Assembly (NCBI GenBank): GCA_973895155.1
Contig: OZ316898.1
Span: 17,226,752 to 17,290,751 of the forward strand
Source of the DNA: Marsupella aquatica
Taxonomy: Eukaryota > Plantae > Marchantiophyta
Direction: 5' to 3'
Length of the DNA stretch: 64,000 nt
Below are positions 1 to 11,803 of this stretch, in pieces (positions within the stretch are counted from its first letter, which is position 1; every line of letters begins with the position of its first letter). Made by a program: the position numbers and the translations under genes. The notes under the pieces are model-generated. The model was given only the letters and a program-made list of their open reading frames with translations. It had not been told where the DNA came from and ran no database searches.

Positions 1-2510
1 AAATGTCCAAAGGAGAGAGTCTAATCCAAAAAGACAGAGTATTTTGTGTTGCTTAACTTGTTCCACAACAAACGTATCGAACCCACCGCCGATGCATAAT
101 GCACATCTGTTTCCTGAAGCTGGCAATGACATTCACAAAGTTTACCCACAGCCTTGCCTTGGGACAAAGGGTCGCAAGATTTCCACCATATTTCCATTAG
201 CGTGCCTTCCCCCTCAGAACATCTACCAGGCTACCGGCAATTATGATGCATAAACGCATCTTTTGGTCCACGACGAACGTGGATCAGCTGCCATCTTGGT
301 ATTCAGATCACTCATTCAATACCTTCCTACTACTGGTTTTGTTTTTGGCAGGGCTTCGATTCTGCCTTGAAATGGAAACTTACCAATAAATAAAGAATCA
401 AACAGATGTCCCAGAAACCTCCAGAAAGGAGGGACAAGTGGCAGTGCTTCGATTCTGTCCTGAATGTCCGGAGTCGAAAGAGGAATGCTCCTGTCACACG
501 AAGAGTAAGACTGTGACATTAGTCTGAGGTGGGTGGGTACTCGAGTGGCCGCCAGGGACTACAGTGATTACGAGTGAGGCGGAGGAATTGCACACCTGCA
601 CACAATTACGGTATATGTGCACTTCAGCAACAAAGAGCTAGAAGTGTAGTAACTTTTGCTTTCATTTCTCCAACTACGAATCACATCGGAGAGTTCCGGT
701 CGCATAATTCAGATGCATTTACACGATCTGCTGAGTCACGTGCCTTCAACAGTTTCCAAATCACGTTGTGCCTCTGGAGCTATCTAATTGCTGCTACTAG
801 GTAATTTGAAGGTCACTTTGATGGAAGATTTTAACCGTCTCCAACTTTGCAAAGCTTACATGTCTTCATTGGCTCTATCCAGGGGAGATTCCTGTTCTCA
901 TCTGCTAAACTTCGCCGTGTCCCGGAGTTGAGTAATTCGAGAAATCCCTTCCCGAAAAGGGAGAGCTTCAATTGCCTGTCTCCAAAATATGTCGGTAAGT
1001 CACCACAACCTATCTGACCTGATTCCGGCCTGCATTCCTATTGCCAACTGCTCTTTCCTAAGTTTTTCTGGGCCTGCCGTCGAATGATCATGAAGTTCGC
1101 TGAAGGTTGCTACTACTCTGTGGGACTTGTCCCTCATTGATCCTGAAGTTGACTACAGTAAGTAGGTTCATGCATTTGCCTCAATCAATTCATTCCATTG
1201 ATGCATGGATTGGTGTCGAGAAATTGGAGATAAAATATCACCAACACAATCGTCCTTGTACCAGGTAAAACTGAAAAGAGAGCCGTGATGAGAAAGTAGA
1301 CCAAATAAGTTATCTACAGATGACCGTCCCCCTTTCTCGTCTACAAAATTTTTGCAGCAAAAGACTACAGTTGAAAGTGAGGGTATATCAAACTTTTTAA
1401 AAACTAAGACAACAGACGGAAATTTTGCTCGCTCATGTAGTGCTGTCTACATACTGTACAGAGGAGCAATCCCACTCCCACAAGCGACCAATTTCTGGAA
1501 TTAAATGCACATAACTCGGTCAGTCCAGGATGTAATCAAAATGAACTAGACGTCGAGAACTCCCGTCATGTGTGAGAGACGAATGCACATCAGTAAATTA
1601 GCAAATCTCCAGCGAACCACACAGTCACGGAATTCACGGTGGTCTAAAGAATCCTGACATCTTCCAGCACCTTCGATATAAACAATAAGCTGCCTGTGTT
1701 TTGCAGAGATTGCCGTCAATCAGAACAGAAGCCACTCGAGAGACCAGTGGGAAATTGCAGCAGATGATCCTGGTCTGCAACCCAAACAAGTGCCAGACTA
1801 GAATACCCGCATTCACGATAATGAGAACAAGAAAGTGATAGACTCATGTCATCATCAGAGCTAGAGATGTACTTACCAAATACTACTTAAGAGAGAAGGA
1901 TTGGTGTCTTTCAAGACTTCTCCCATTCAGAAATTCAGCACTCAGTGCTTTAGCTTGCTCCTCTCCTGGCTCCTCCCTGACCGGCCCCTGACCGCAAAAT
2001 TTGGCAGCTGGGACCAACGAGAATCTCGCGGCCGTGGCCAACAGAGCCACACACAGAAATAAACCATGGACAGAGAGCGACAGACACGACGTGCATCTTT
2101 CTGCCTTCGATGATTTACTTCGATAGATTCAGAGCAGACTTCCTGTTGCCTTTCCGAATAGATAATAAACATGGAAAGTCGAATTACGTCAGTACTGCCA
2201 TCAATATTGGTGCTGCTCTCCTACATAAAGGGTGATTAACTCCGTCAAGGGTTGTCCGAGGCCACTGATTTTGCCATTCCGCAAATTTCCAAATGAAGCT
2301 GTTCTCCAGGATCGACGGTGGTTAGATCTGGATGTGAGGGGTTGGATCCTTGAATTGGGTCTAGTTAAACTAGAACTTGCACACATTCCTTCACGATCAG
2401 TTTGGAGATGGACTCAAGTCTCAATATCTGTGCACCAGGAGGATGGACGGACCTTGGATCTAAGTACGAGAGGTTGGATTGATCCTTGTTTCAAATTAAT
2501 GCCCATTCAT

Positions 2511-3158
2511 TCACCAGAACCCTCTCCTCTCGCATCGCCTCTGCAACACAGCCAGCTCTCGACAGACGCTATCCCGGGAGTTCCCCTTCCAATTCTGGCA
2601 TCGTCTTTGGAGGATGCCAAGCTCTTCACAAATCCCGTTCACAACATGGCTCCTGACAACTTGACTCCGCCCGTCGATTCTATGTCCGGGAATCGTATAT
2701 ATGGGAGGACCAGGAGGGAGTACGTCCTGCTGCTGCCACGGCGATTGAAGGATACTTCGTATGGGAATTGAGAGGAGTAGAGCCATGATGAGGACCAGAA
2801 GGAGGATGGAGCCCCAGAGATTCCGAGTGATGGAGTTCACGAATGGAGAGGGAGGAGGGGCGTTCCCCGCCGGATTGACTTGGGGAACCCCAAATGCATG
2901 GATCGCTAGCAGCAAGCAGACGGGGATCAGTAGCGCTGTGATTGTGAGGTGCGATTGAAATGTGTCGACGGCCGGACTCCAGTCATAGCTCTCGGTCTCG
3001 AATGAGTCCCAGACCTCTACCATTTGAAACAGCGCCCATCGCAGAGTCCCAACAATGATGAGAACGATAATAGGGACGAGCGGGGACGGCCCTTCTTGCC
3101 CTTGGAAACGAGGAATGATCGGTACCAGCCCCGGTTCAGGGTGCTCGTCTTCATCCAT
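2511..3158 (-). CDS. Intronless plant small multi-pass membrane protein (215 aa, three hydrophobic segments), function unknown
   Basis: ATG-initiated 215-aa ORF with hydrophobic stretches LVPIIVLIIVGTLRWALF, LTITALLIPVCLLLAIHAF and LWGSILLLVLIMALLLSI. The 'LLxPxxLLLxxH...WGxxxLLVL' pattern resembles, from memory, a family of uncharacterised plant membrane proteins. Confidence 0.65.
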   Translation of the reverse strand: MDEDEHPEPGLVPIIPRFQGQEGPSPLVPIIVLIIVGTLRWALFQMVEVWDSFETESYDWSPAVDTFQSHLTITALLIPVCLLLAIHAFGVPQVNPAGNAPPPSPFVNSITRNLWGSILLLVLIMALLLSIPIRSILQSPWQQQDVLPPGPPIYTIPGHRIDGRSQVVRSHVVNGICEELGILQRRCQNWKGNSRDSVCRELAVLQRRCERRGFW

Positions 3159-4280
3159 AGAGTTGTAAAACGTACCCCAACCTCAGCAGGCGATCAAATT
3201 TTCGTGAAAAGACTTGTCCGAAAAAAATTAGAATGCTGCTTAGTTTGCCTGTACTGCAGTCTCACCCCACTTCGCACACTCCCTTCAGCTACCATCGTTC
3301 ATCCATCTCTCCAACTCCCCATAGAACAGAATAGACAACCCAAAAATTCTTTCAGAATCTCCCATTTCCTTGATCAGTATGAGTGACTTCTGAAGTCACA
3401 CAATAGTTGTCTCTCGAGCTGATGTCAAGAAAGATTGTCCTTCGTCTCATCCTGACCACTAGTCGAGTCCAATCCTTAGTGTTTGCAAAGCACTACTGTA
3501 GTACGGTATCATCCAATTGAGATGCACAAGCACATCACAAGTTCACAAGCCACGGCAGGAAATGGGTTTCCAACCGCATGACATCTCCTGCCACCATTGA
3601 AATGACCACACAATTCAGAAGCTACGGCAGACCAGAAGCTGGTTTTCCAATCTTTTCCCATCTCCTCCACCACTGTAGCTTGCTTTCCGATTTGGCTGAT
3701 CACAAGGCTCCAGTTGCAAAGACAGAAAGGTGAATTCCACCTCACCTCATCCCTTTCACATCCCTTCGAGCAAATTCCCCCCAATATTTCGTCCAGAGGG
3801 ACGATGCACTTTGCGTCAGTCACCCACCATGGCTCACTTTGCCAGGAACTGACAGATTAGTGACCCCACGTACTGTACGACAAAAAACAACAAGACAAGA
3901 GAGAGACACGCTTGAATGCTTGATTCACGAATGGTTTCACGGATTCATTGCTGACTACATCACGGAGTCACAGAGATGAGCACCAACTCCTTCACACGGT
4001 ACTCTCTGTTGAGTTCATCACAAGTCAACAAATTCAATCAGCATTGTGTCATCTTTTCAAGCTCTGTCCCGTGCCTTGCATTGGAGTAGAGTAGAGCTGG
4101 AGACCTCAAAACTTGAGAATCAAAGTTAGGACAACTGTCTGGACCGCCAGAGACAAGAATTTCCCCCTCTTTCTTTACTACTCCTCTCCTTTGTTGCTCT
4201 TCTTTGCGTCTAGCCCCGCACCACTTCTCTGTCTCCCTCTGTCCCCACTGCCCACACCAAACAAGAGATCTTTCATTGTT

Positions 4281-4300
4281 TATATTTATATAGTGACGTG
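4281..4300 (-). promoter_or_regulatory. Candidate TATA box with an adjacent bZIP-type ACGT element for the membrane-protein gene
   Basis: Minus strand reads CACGTCAC-TATATAAATATA, followed by a purine-rich leader-like sequence, about 1.1 kb upstream of the ATG at 3158. Confidence 0.35.
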
Positions 4301-4820
4301 TAGCTTGGGATGGTCATCTTGGGAGCAATTCATGTGTAGGATAACCAATGTCTGGGCAAGGGTCACTAGGCGGTAACCCTGCCACCTGAATGTATAGAGC
4401 AGACTATATATATTCATATCCATTATTTCTAAATTTATTTTATTTTATGTTTTTGGCGGATTATTTCTAATGAGATAGAATCTAAAGAAATGTGCTGATG
4501 TGTCAGGGTATGAGTGAAGCACAATTGAAGACCAGGCAACCTTAACCAGGCAACCTTAACGTGATAATAAGCTTTCCACTGGCCGAGGGAAGCTTTTTTG
4601 AACATCCAGGTAGCAGGTTACAATTTAGCACCATGCCCGGACCCCTGCTGTCATCCATAAATCCAGTCCGGAAAAGTAGTACCTGACTGGAGATTTGCAG
4701 GCACCCGATTATCAGATTAGGAGAGTGGACTAGAAATGGTTACCCACTGGGGTAACCTTAGTCTCTACAGAACTTACAAAGGGAATCTATCCAAGGGGAT
4801 GTCAAAGATGGTATGGGAGG

Positions 4821-4937
4821 TACCCTAGAGAGGCATGGGTGTGTGGTAGCTCACTTGAGTAGGACTCATAGATCTTGGGTTCAAAAGTTGTGACTAACTG
4901 ATCCCTTTCTGGGTTTCACAGATTTACCCTTAAAAAA
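4821..4937 (+). mobile_element. tRNA-derived SINE with target-site duplication
   Basis: Flanked by a 17-bp direct repeat AAAGATGGTATGGGAGG (4804-4820 and 4938-4954). Contains an A-box-like TAGCTCACTTG (4847-4857), a B-box-like GGGTTCAAA (4877-4885) and an oligo-A tail. Confidence 0.75.
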
Positions 4938-7029
4938 AAAGATGGTATGGGAGGCCCGTCCCATGCAATTGACTCCAGGGACAAGTTGTCTATCATTTTC
5001 TTTAAGATTTTTCACAGTTGGAGTCTCTGGACAGCACCAAATAAACTTTCTTGTTCTCTACTCTCACCACCAGGACCACACTAAACAAGCTCATCACTAC
5101 ATTTCCAAATAAGCATTTTGGGAAACCACTCCCTCCTGACCAAATAAGGTGGTCAGTGAGTGCATTTAATGCTATACTGCCAGAATCTCGGCCAGAATGA
5201 GAGAAGACTAAAGGGTCTTTTCAAATACTTCAAAATACCACCTCAAGAGGCAGGCTAATCTTTGGCCAGAACTACACTCCACATGAGCATTTTGGAAACC
5301 TACTTGAGTCCATGTTTGACTGGGAGATTTTTGTACAAATGAACTCAAAATTTCTTGTAAAGCCTAAACTTGTCATTTGTTGTCTGGTCATTTTTGTAAA
5401 GCTTTACACCTTGGGGGCACTTGTGAGTTTTTTTTCCACCATAGCAAACTGGAGGACCACTTCTTGTTCTATAAATAATCTTGAGAAAACATATTTTGAA
5501 TGAAAGTCAATAAATGCAAATCCCTTCAATGAAGGAGTTAAATGTTTGGAGCACCTCTATCTAGAGGTGGTCTAAAATTCTAGACAAAATAAGCAATCCA
5601 CATCAACATTTACTTGGGCCCATTGCATGCCATGTTTGGCCAGTAGAGAGCATACCTGAATGGGCCCAGAGTTTGTTTAAACCACCACTGTCCATATAAA
5701 AGGAGAAGTGTCCAAGATTTCTCACTTTTTCACATTTCTCTCCTCTAAGGTGAGACTTTGCTCCACAACTTCAGGGAAAATGTGCTAGAAAGGGTGAAAC
5801 CTGGTGGATCTAGGTTTTGTCATGGATAGTGGCGCTTTAAATCCAATTGCAGCTATTCCACTCCTTAAATACAGGGTCCAGAATAAATGTTGGAGTGAAT
5901 TAAAAGAGGACAATGGGCCACCCTAAGAGTCTTGTAATGTGTCCCAGGTATATCTTCTTCCCAAGATAGTACCTGCAACGCCAAATCCAAAGTGAGTGTC
6001 TTTGTGATTTTTTCCTTTGTAATTTTTAGTACTTTATGGAGAAGGAATGGACAATCAAGATTTGGGTAAGCTCATTACCAAACTTCTCACATACTTTTAC
6101 TAAACTACTAAGAATTTTAAAAATTAGCTTAGGAGTGTGTTAATTTCCTGTAACCAGAGCTTTGTTGCTCGCTTTATGGACAATAATAGACCTCGCAAGT
6201 CAAGCTAAAAGCCCTCGTTTTGCAGCGCATTATAACCCACAATGCCCTTGTAAGCAGGAAGTTAAGGTAGTCTGGGCTTATATTCATGTTTTGGATCACT
6301 CAAAAGTTGACACATAAGCCCTTTTCCCACAGATTACATCTCACTGAAAATGAACCTTACAATCTCTAGTCAATCAATTTTGCCTGTGGGGTAGCTATTG
6401 TTGCGTAGTATTTGGGACATCACTCGTTGACTTGACAACCTTAACGAACAGCTAAGCATCTGAGATGATCCATTAATGGAAAAAGGAACCTTCCAAATAT
6501 AAGGTCTCATAGCTATGGATCAACCATATAATAGGGAGTCTCAAATCTTGGAAATTAAGGATGATGGCATTTGGGTCATGAAGAATAGGTCAAAAAAATT
6601 TCTCAAGCTGGTGTAAAAGTGTTTTTTTGTTGTTCCTTTCACCAGCCTCTACAGTGACTAATGGTTATGGTATAAGACCAGTCGTTAAGGCAAAAACTAT
6701 GGACTAAGAATTCTGTAGTCCATACCTTGTTGTGTCCATGACTAGGGAGTTAAGGTACATCAAATTGGGAGCTTTGAGACTCCCTACTTATGGGCAACTT
6801 TATATCCCATTAAGGAATAAGGAATGCTGCCTTAACTGCACACGTTATTATATTCAAACAACCAAATATTCTCCTCATTTGATCCCGGGCCTGCATGAGT
6901 TTGTTGAGTTGGACTAGAGCTCCGCAAAATGTGGGTTTTGAACTCTCCCAGCTCAGCCGGAAATGTCATTCAACTTGAACAGTCCAGTACACTGCAATAA
7001 GTCTGGTACAAAAGCTACAGCCGGGACCG

Positions 7030-7811
7030 AACCCAACACAGGATTCATGGTTCTCGTGCATCATGACTTCGATCAGAGCTTTTTAAATCCCAGGTTTTCC
7101 TCGATCATGACGGAATCGATGAACCTGCCATTGCTCTAGCTTCTTCTTGGTGTTCGACGGACTAGGCTCTTTGGCTCTTCACTCCTCACCATTATTGGGA
7201 CTGTGGTGTCGGGGTTTGGGTGGGCATTTGGAGTTGAAGGTGAAGAAGTAATCAAGCAGCACAAGCACAGGAGAAGTTTGCAGTAGCAGAGCAGAAGAAA
7301 ACCCAACACAGGGTTCATGGTTCTCGTGCATCATGACTTCGATCAGAGCTTTTTACAGCCCAGGTTTTCCTCGACCATGACGGAATCGATGAACCTGCCA
7401 TTGCTCTAGCTTCTTCTTGGTGTTCGACGGACTAGGCTCTTTGGCTCTTCACTCCTCACCATTATTGGGACTGTGGTGTCGGGGTTTGGGTGGGCATTTG
7501 GAGTGGAAGGTGAAGAAGTAATCAAGCAGCACAAGCACAGGAGAAGTTTGCAGTAGCAGAGCATAAGCAAACTCAACACAGGGTTCATGGTTCTCGTGCA
7601 TCATGACTTTCGATCAGAGCTTTTTACAGCCCAGGTTTTCCTCCACCATGACGGAATCGTTGAACCTGCCATTGCTCTAGCTTCTTCTTGGTGTTCGACT
7701 CCTCACCATTATTGGGACTTTGTGTCGGGGTTTGGGTGTCCTTTTGGACAGGAATGAGAAGAAATAATGAAGCAGCACAATCAAAGTAGAAGTTTGCAGT
7801 AGCAGAGCATA
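7030..7811. repeat. Tandem repeat, 270-bp unit, about 3 copies, immediately upstream of AUG2
   Basis: Unit starts AACCCAACACAGG.TTCATGGTTCTCGTGCATCATGAC at ~7030, ~7300 and ~7570. Copies 1 and 2 are nearly identical. Copy 3 has a deletion and more substitutions. Confidence 0.95.
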
Positions 7812-7917
7812 GGCAAGTTATTGCTGGAGTCGATGGAGGGAGAGGGAGAGGGAGCTGGTCGGTGTCTCTGATGATCAGTTCACAGACTACTGGGGCATCG
7901 GGAACGCCGGAGTGGCG

Positions 7918-10058
7918 ATGGGAGACGCAGCAGCATTGTGGGCCGGCAGCAAGAGGAATGCGCGGCGAGTTGGTGGTATGGCAGACGCCCTCAATCTCGC
8001 TGCCGATCTAGGGTTATGCCCAGCGGTAGGCTCCCTCACTCTTTAATTCTCCGGTGGTGGAGATTGTGATCATCGAGAAGCGAGTGGGCCGTAATTTGGG
8101 TTTTGAATTGGCTGTTCAGAGTTCACAGAGGTTCAGCTTTGTTGATCCAGTTCCAAAGATGAATAAATGCTGTGACGCTGTATCAGGTGAGGACCATATT
8201 CGGCTCAACTCATATTGTGTTGGAAGATGGCAGCCTGTACAGGATGAGGGCGGTCACAATGTGCTGCCGAATGGAGTTGCTGCTGCCACGGGTGGTGGTT
8301 CCGATCCGCTCATCCGGGTCTTGAGAGAGTTGACTACAATTCAGAGAACTTTGGTTAACCTACAAGTCGAATTGCAAGGCAGACAGGTGCCAACAGTGAT
8401 TCTGAACAATGCTACTTGTGTGACGTTTCTCTTGACTATTCATTGTTAGAGTCTAAAGCAGGAAGGGAATTCTTGTCACTTTCAGATGTGTCACAGAAAT
8501 GTGTTGCCAAATTGTCGCAGTCCCTTCTGAGCCACAGTATGGAAATTGTGAACGCGTGTGGTGTTAGAAGGGTTTGTGAGGAGTTATGGGGATGTCCGGT
8601 GTACATTGTATAGAAATAGTAATGCAAGCAAATATCTTTTGTGCCTTCGATGGTTCGTTGTGAAGATGTTCAAATGTGGTGGCAGGAAGATCACCAAGTT
8701 GCGCATCTAACTCATGTAAGTGAAATTGAGAAGAAATCGAGAGCTCTAGCCAAGACTACAGCAACGCTGAAGGACGTAATCCAAAATAAGGTAAACTTAT
8801 ATCCTTTCATTTTCGTGGCTCCAGCCTCTGTATTCCTTCCAAAAACAATTCCCCGTGTTATGGTTGTCAATCTAGTAACCATTTGTCGATTTCTTCAGGA
8901 TCGAATTATTGCTCGTCTACAACAGCCATACTCGCTCGATTGTATACCTGTCGAAACAGAGTTTCAGGTATGTTACTTTCAATGCGGAGTAGATGCCTCT
9001 AATTGTAAGGTTTAATATACGGCTGGAGTAACTGCGAGATCTCTTCTAAAGATGTCTGCTTTGTGGCATAAACAGAGCATCATGATCTTCTCTGTTTCTT
9101 ATCGTCAAGCCTTTTCATGTTCCATACTCATCGGCAATGCTGGGTTACGTACGTCCCTCAGAGACAATTTTCAGAGTTGTTAGTCAAGGCAGCTGGAGAT
9201 TATGGAGCACTATCTGATTCCATAGCCGACCTCCAATGGAGCAACAATTTCAAGCATCCACCAGCAGTTTGGGGGGTAATTGTTATTCTCCTACCGTTGA
9301 ATTTTGTTATTTATGCTGGTCTAAGTTGTCCGACCTAGAAGCAGGACTTATTGGCCTTTTTGTGTTCTAATGACTCCTGGTGAATGCTTGGGTGGATATC
9401 ATAAAGTTTGGAGATTATATCTGCCGAAATCTTCTCGTAGTTGTTTCCCGACTGTGTACTGACATTTGAGCTACATCTAACTGGAACATAGGAGCTAAAC
9501 AACTAAACAGCCGACTCGTTCTTTCTTATAATTCTGATAGAATTTAGCATGTGCAAAGATGTTCTGGGGCTTGGAAAGCGTACGGTTTCAGGATCAGTAT
9601 CTAGTCTACCTATGTTAGTGGTTGATCAACGATGTCTCTATCATTGACTAATAGTTTAGCTGGATCATTGTTGTTTGATGCAGGAGCTTTTGAGGCCCAT
9701 ACCAGCGGCTCTTGCTTCCTGTACAAGATACTATGAAGCATTATCAGCCATGAGAGAAGCAGTCACTGAGATGTTGAAATTTAGGGCTGGCGGTCTCACA
9801 ATTTCCGCAAAGGGTCCGTGGACTCCCGAGCCAGCTGATTCAGACTGCCTCACACCCCAGGGGCGGGAGACTGTCGTATTAGAGGAACCCAGCTCAGATG
9901 ATTTGGTGATACGCAACCAGATGCGTCTATCCCAGCAGCAGCTACCAACGGAAGGAGAGGAATGGGGTACTGCGTCAGAGTCTTCTCCTCTTGCAGACAA
10001 TGTCAGGCGAATGTCATGGCCTGCCTCCCCGGTGACCCCCACCGGTCTGACAAATTGA
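7918..10058 (+). CDS. AUG2: Augmin (HAUS) complex subunit 2, ~304 aa, 6 exons
   Basis: Exons 7918-8025, 8243-8386, 8686-8790, 8899-8967, 9162-9275, 9684-10058, all GT-AG and in frame. Peptides [106 protein letters not shown] and RRMSWP match plant AUG2 as I recall it. Confidence 0.93.
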
Positions 10059-11333
10059 GCTTTTAGTATCTGATCACTCGTCAGTAGTACACGCGTTACG
10101 AATAGGTCTTCAATGTCGTTTTGTATATTATGCATAGCAATATTCTTTCTCTGTCTCCGATCAACATTGCCTTAAATATTCATAAATGTTCCAAGCCCTA
10201 CAGGTTGATTGCTTGGCAATTCCCTGGGTAAATCTGTTGGTTATAGTGTATTGCCAGATGTGTTTTCAGAATTCGTTCTGGGGTTAGTTTGGCAATCACT
10301 CAATTCGCCAGTTCTATAAATATTATGTAATGTTGGCAGAATGATTGCATCGATTTATTTCTGTACTGGCTTACTCATTCTCGCCAATGCTGCACCATGT
10401 CTTCCTTGTGAACTTCAGAACTGCAAACCTTTTAGTCATACGTGCCAAGATGATTAGTACTGTACAGTCAAGCTGGATCTTTTCCCAACTTTTCAATGTT
10501 TAATCAACGTTCCATTCTGTCAGTTGCTAGTTTGCAGGTTTTAAAATGGAATAACATTGAAGGAATATAAAATTGGAGTCGGAATTTTGATGCAAGTCTA
10601 GACCGAGGCTTGCTATCATCCCCAAAACAGACCTTGCATTGTCACGAAAGCTCAAATGTACCAGTTGTGTAGGGTGCCCTACACAACAATAAGTACGGGT
10701 CCCTTCCACAGATTCCCCGTAATATTTTTGGCTTGTTGTCTCTTGACTTGAGGGATGACTGGACATGGTTTTACAGAGCCTAGCCTCGTTAACAAGATGC
10801 ACTTTTACATGATCATGGTGAAGCAAGGCGAAATGTCTACATGTGTTTCAGATCACTGAGTCCGCTTATCTACGATTCTGATTAAAGCAATAGGTGATTG
10901 CTTCCTTGCCTTTCTTGGCCCCTTGGTGGTCCCCCCCTTGTTTGGGTCTTTTGCCTGAGGGATCATGTCTCCCGGTTGGGCGCCCTCTGTGTTTTTTGGC
11001 TGTTTGAAATATATTAGGTGAAGATTGTGATGCTCCTATGTTAGACCTTAATTTGTTAGAGGAATATTAAGGTCTAACACTCCTTCCTCGTAATCGCCAA
11101 TAAAGTGACATTCCTGTCAGGGATTTCGAAAAGCCCGCATGTACGAGCCGTTGATTCTTTTGTGTCAATGGCCCCGATGTCCGAAGCAAACGAGCACCCA
11201 GTATTGATTTCCTCAGGAATCATCAACAGACAATGTTCACCCTAGAAGTCAGAGTGGGCCCCCCTCTACGTCAATCCAAGCTTGAACGACTATTCAGGTT
11301 CTCTGCCTCAGGGGGAAGGTGGTGGACGGCTCC

Positions 11334-11709
11334 CTAAAATTGTGATTTAGGCTCCATAGATTTTCGATCAAGCTTTTACAACTAAAATTGTGATTTAGGC
11401 TCCCTAGATTTTCGATCAAGCTTTTACAACTGTAATGAGGATTGCCTTGTATTCGATCTTCCAACAGTAGTAGCTTCTGGCTGCATTCTCCTGGCCAAGG
11501 GAAAACGAAACATGTGAAAACTGAATCGTTATGAACACTGAACACTGAAAGTCGCCCCAACTACTGTATCGTAACCCAAACTAATGAGTTCAGGCGGCTA
11601 TTCTGCCGCCCAAGGGAAAACGAACGAAACTAGTGAAAATCGAATTCTTTACAACATTGAACACAAAAAGTCGCCCAACTACTGTATCTTAACCCAGCTT
11701 ATGAGTTCA
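11334..11709. repeat. Two adjacent tandem duplications (48 bp x2 and ~115 bp x2) upstream of the FMO gene
   Basis: CTAAAATTGTGATTTAGGCTCC.TAGATTTTCGATCAAGCTTTTACAA occurs twice within 11334-11431. CCAAGGGAAAACGAA...AAAGTCGCCC.AACTACTGTATC...ATGAGTTCA occurs at ~11494-11592 and ~11609-11709. Confidence 0.85.
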
Positions 11710-11803
11710 TGCATGCACCTATGACAACTAGTAGGCGAGCCAGCTAGCAATTGCAATACTTTTGTCACAAAGACGGAGCCAGAGCAAAGGAAGCTGGCAA
11801 GCT

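Noticed and set aside
1-2200. Short ORFs at the window start
   Set aside because: No recognisable motifs or splice-consistent chain. The region may be UTR or intergenic.
2232-2771. 179-aa plus-strand ORF
   Set aside because: It has a GTG start and no recognisable motif, and it is antisense to a better-supported membrane-protein ORF.
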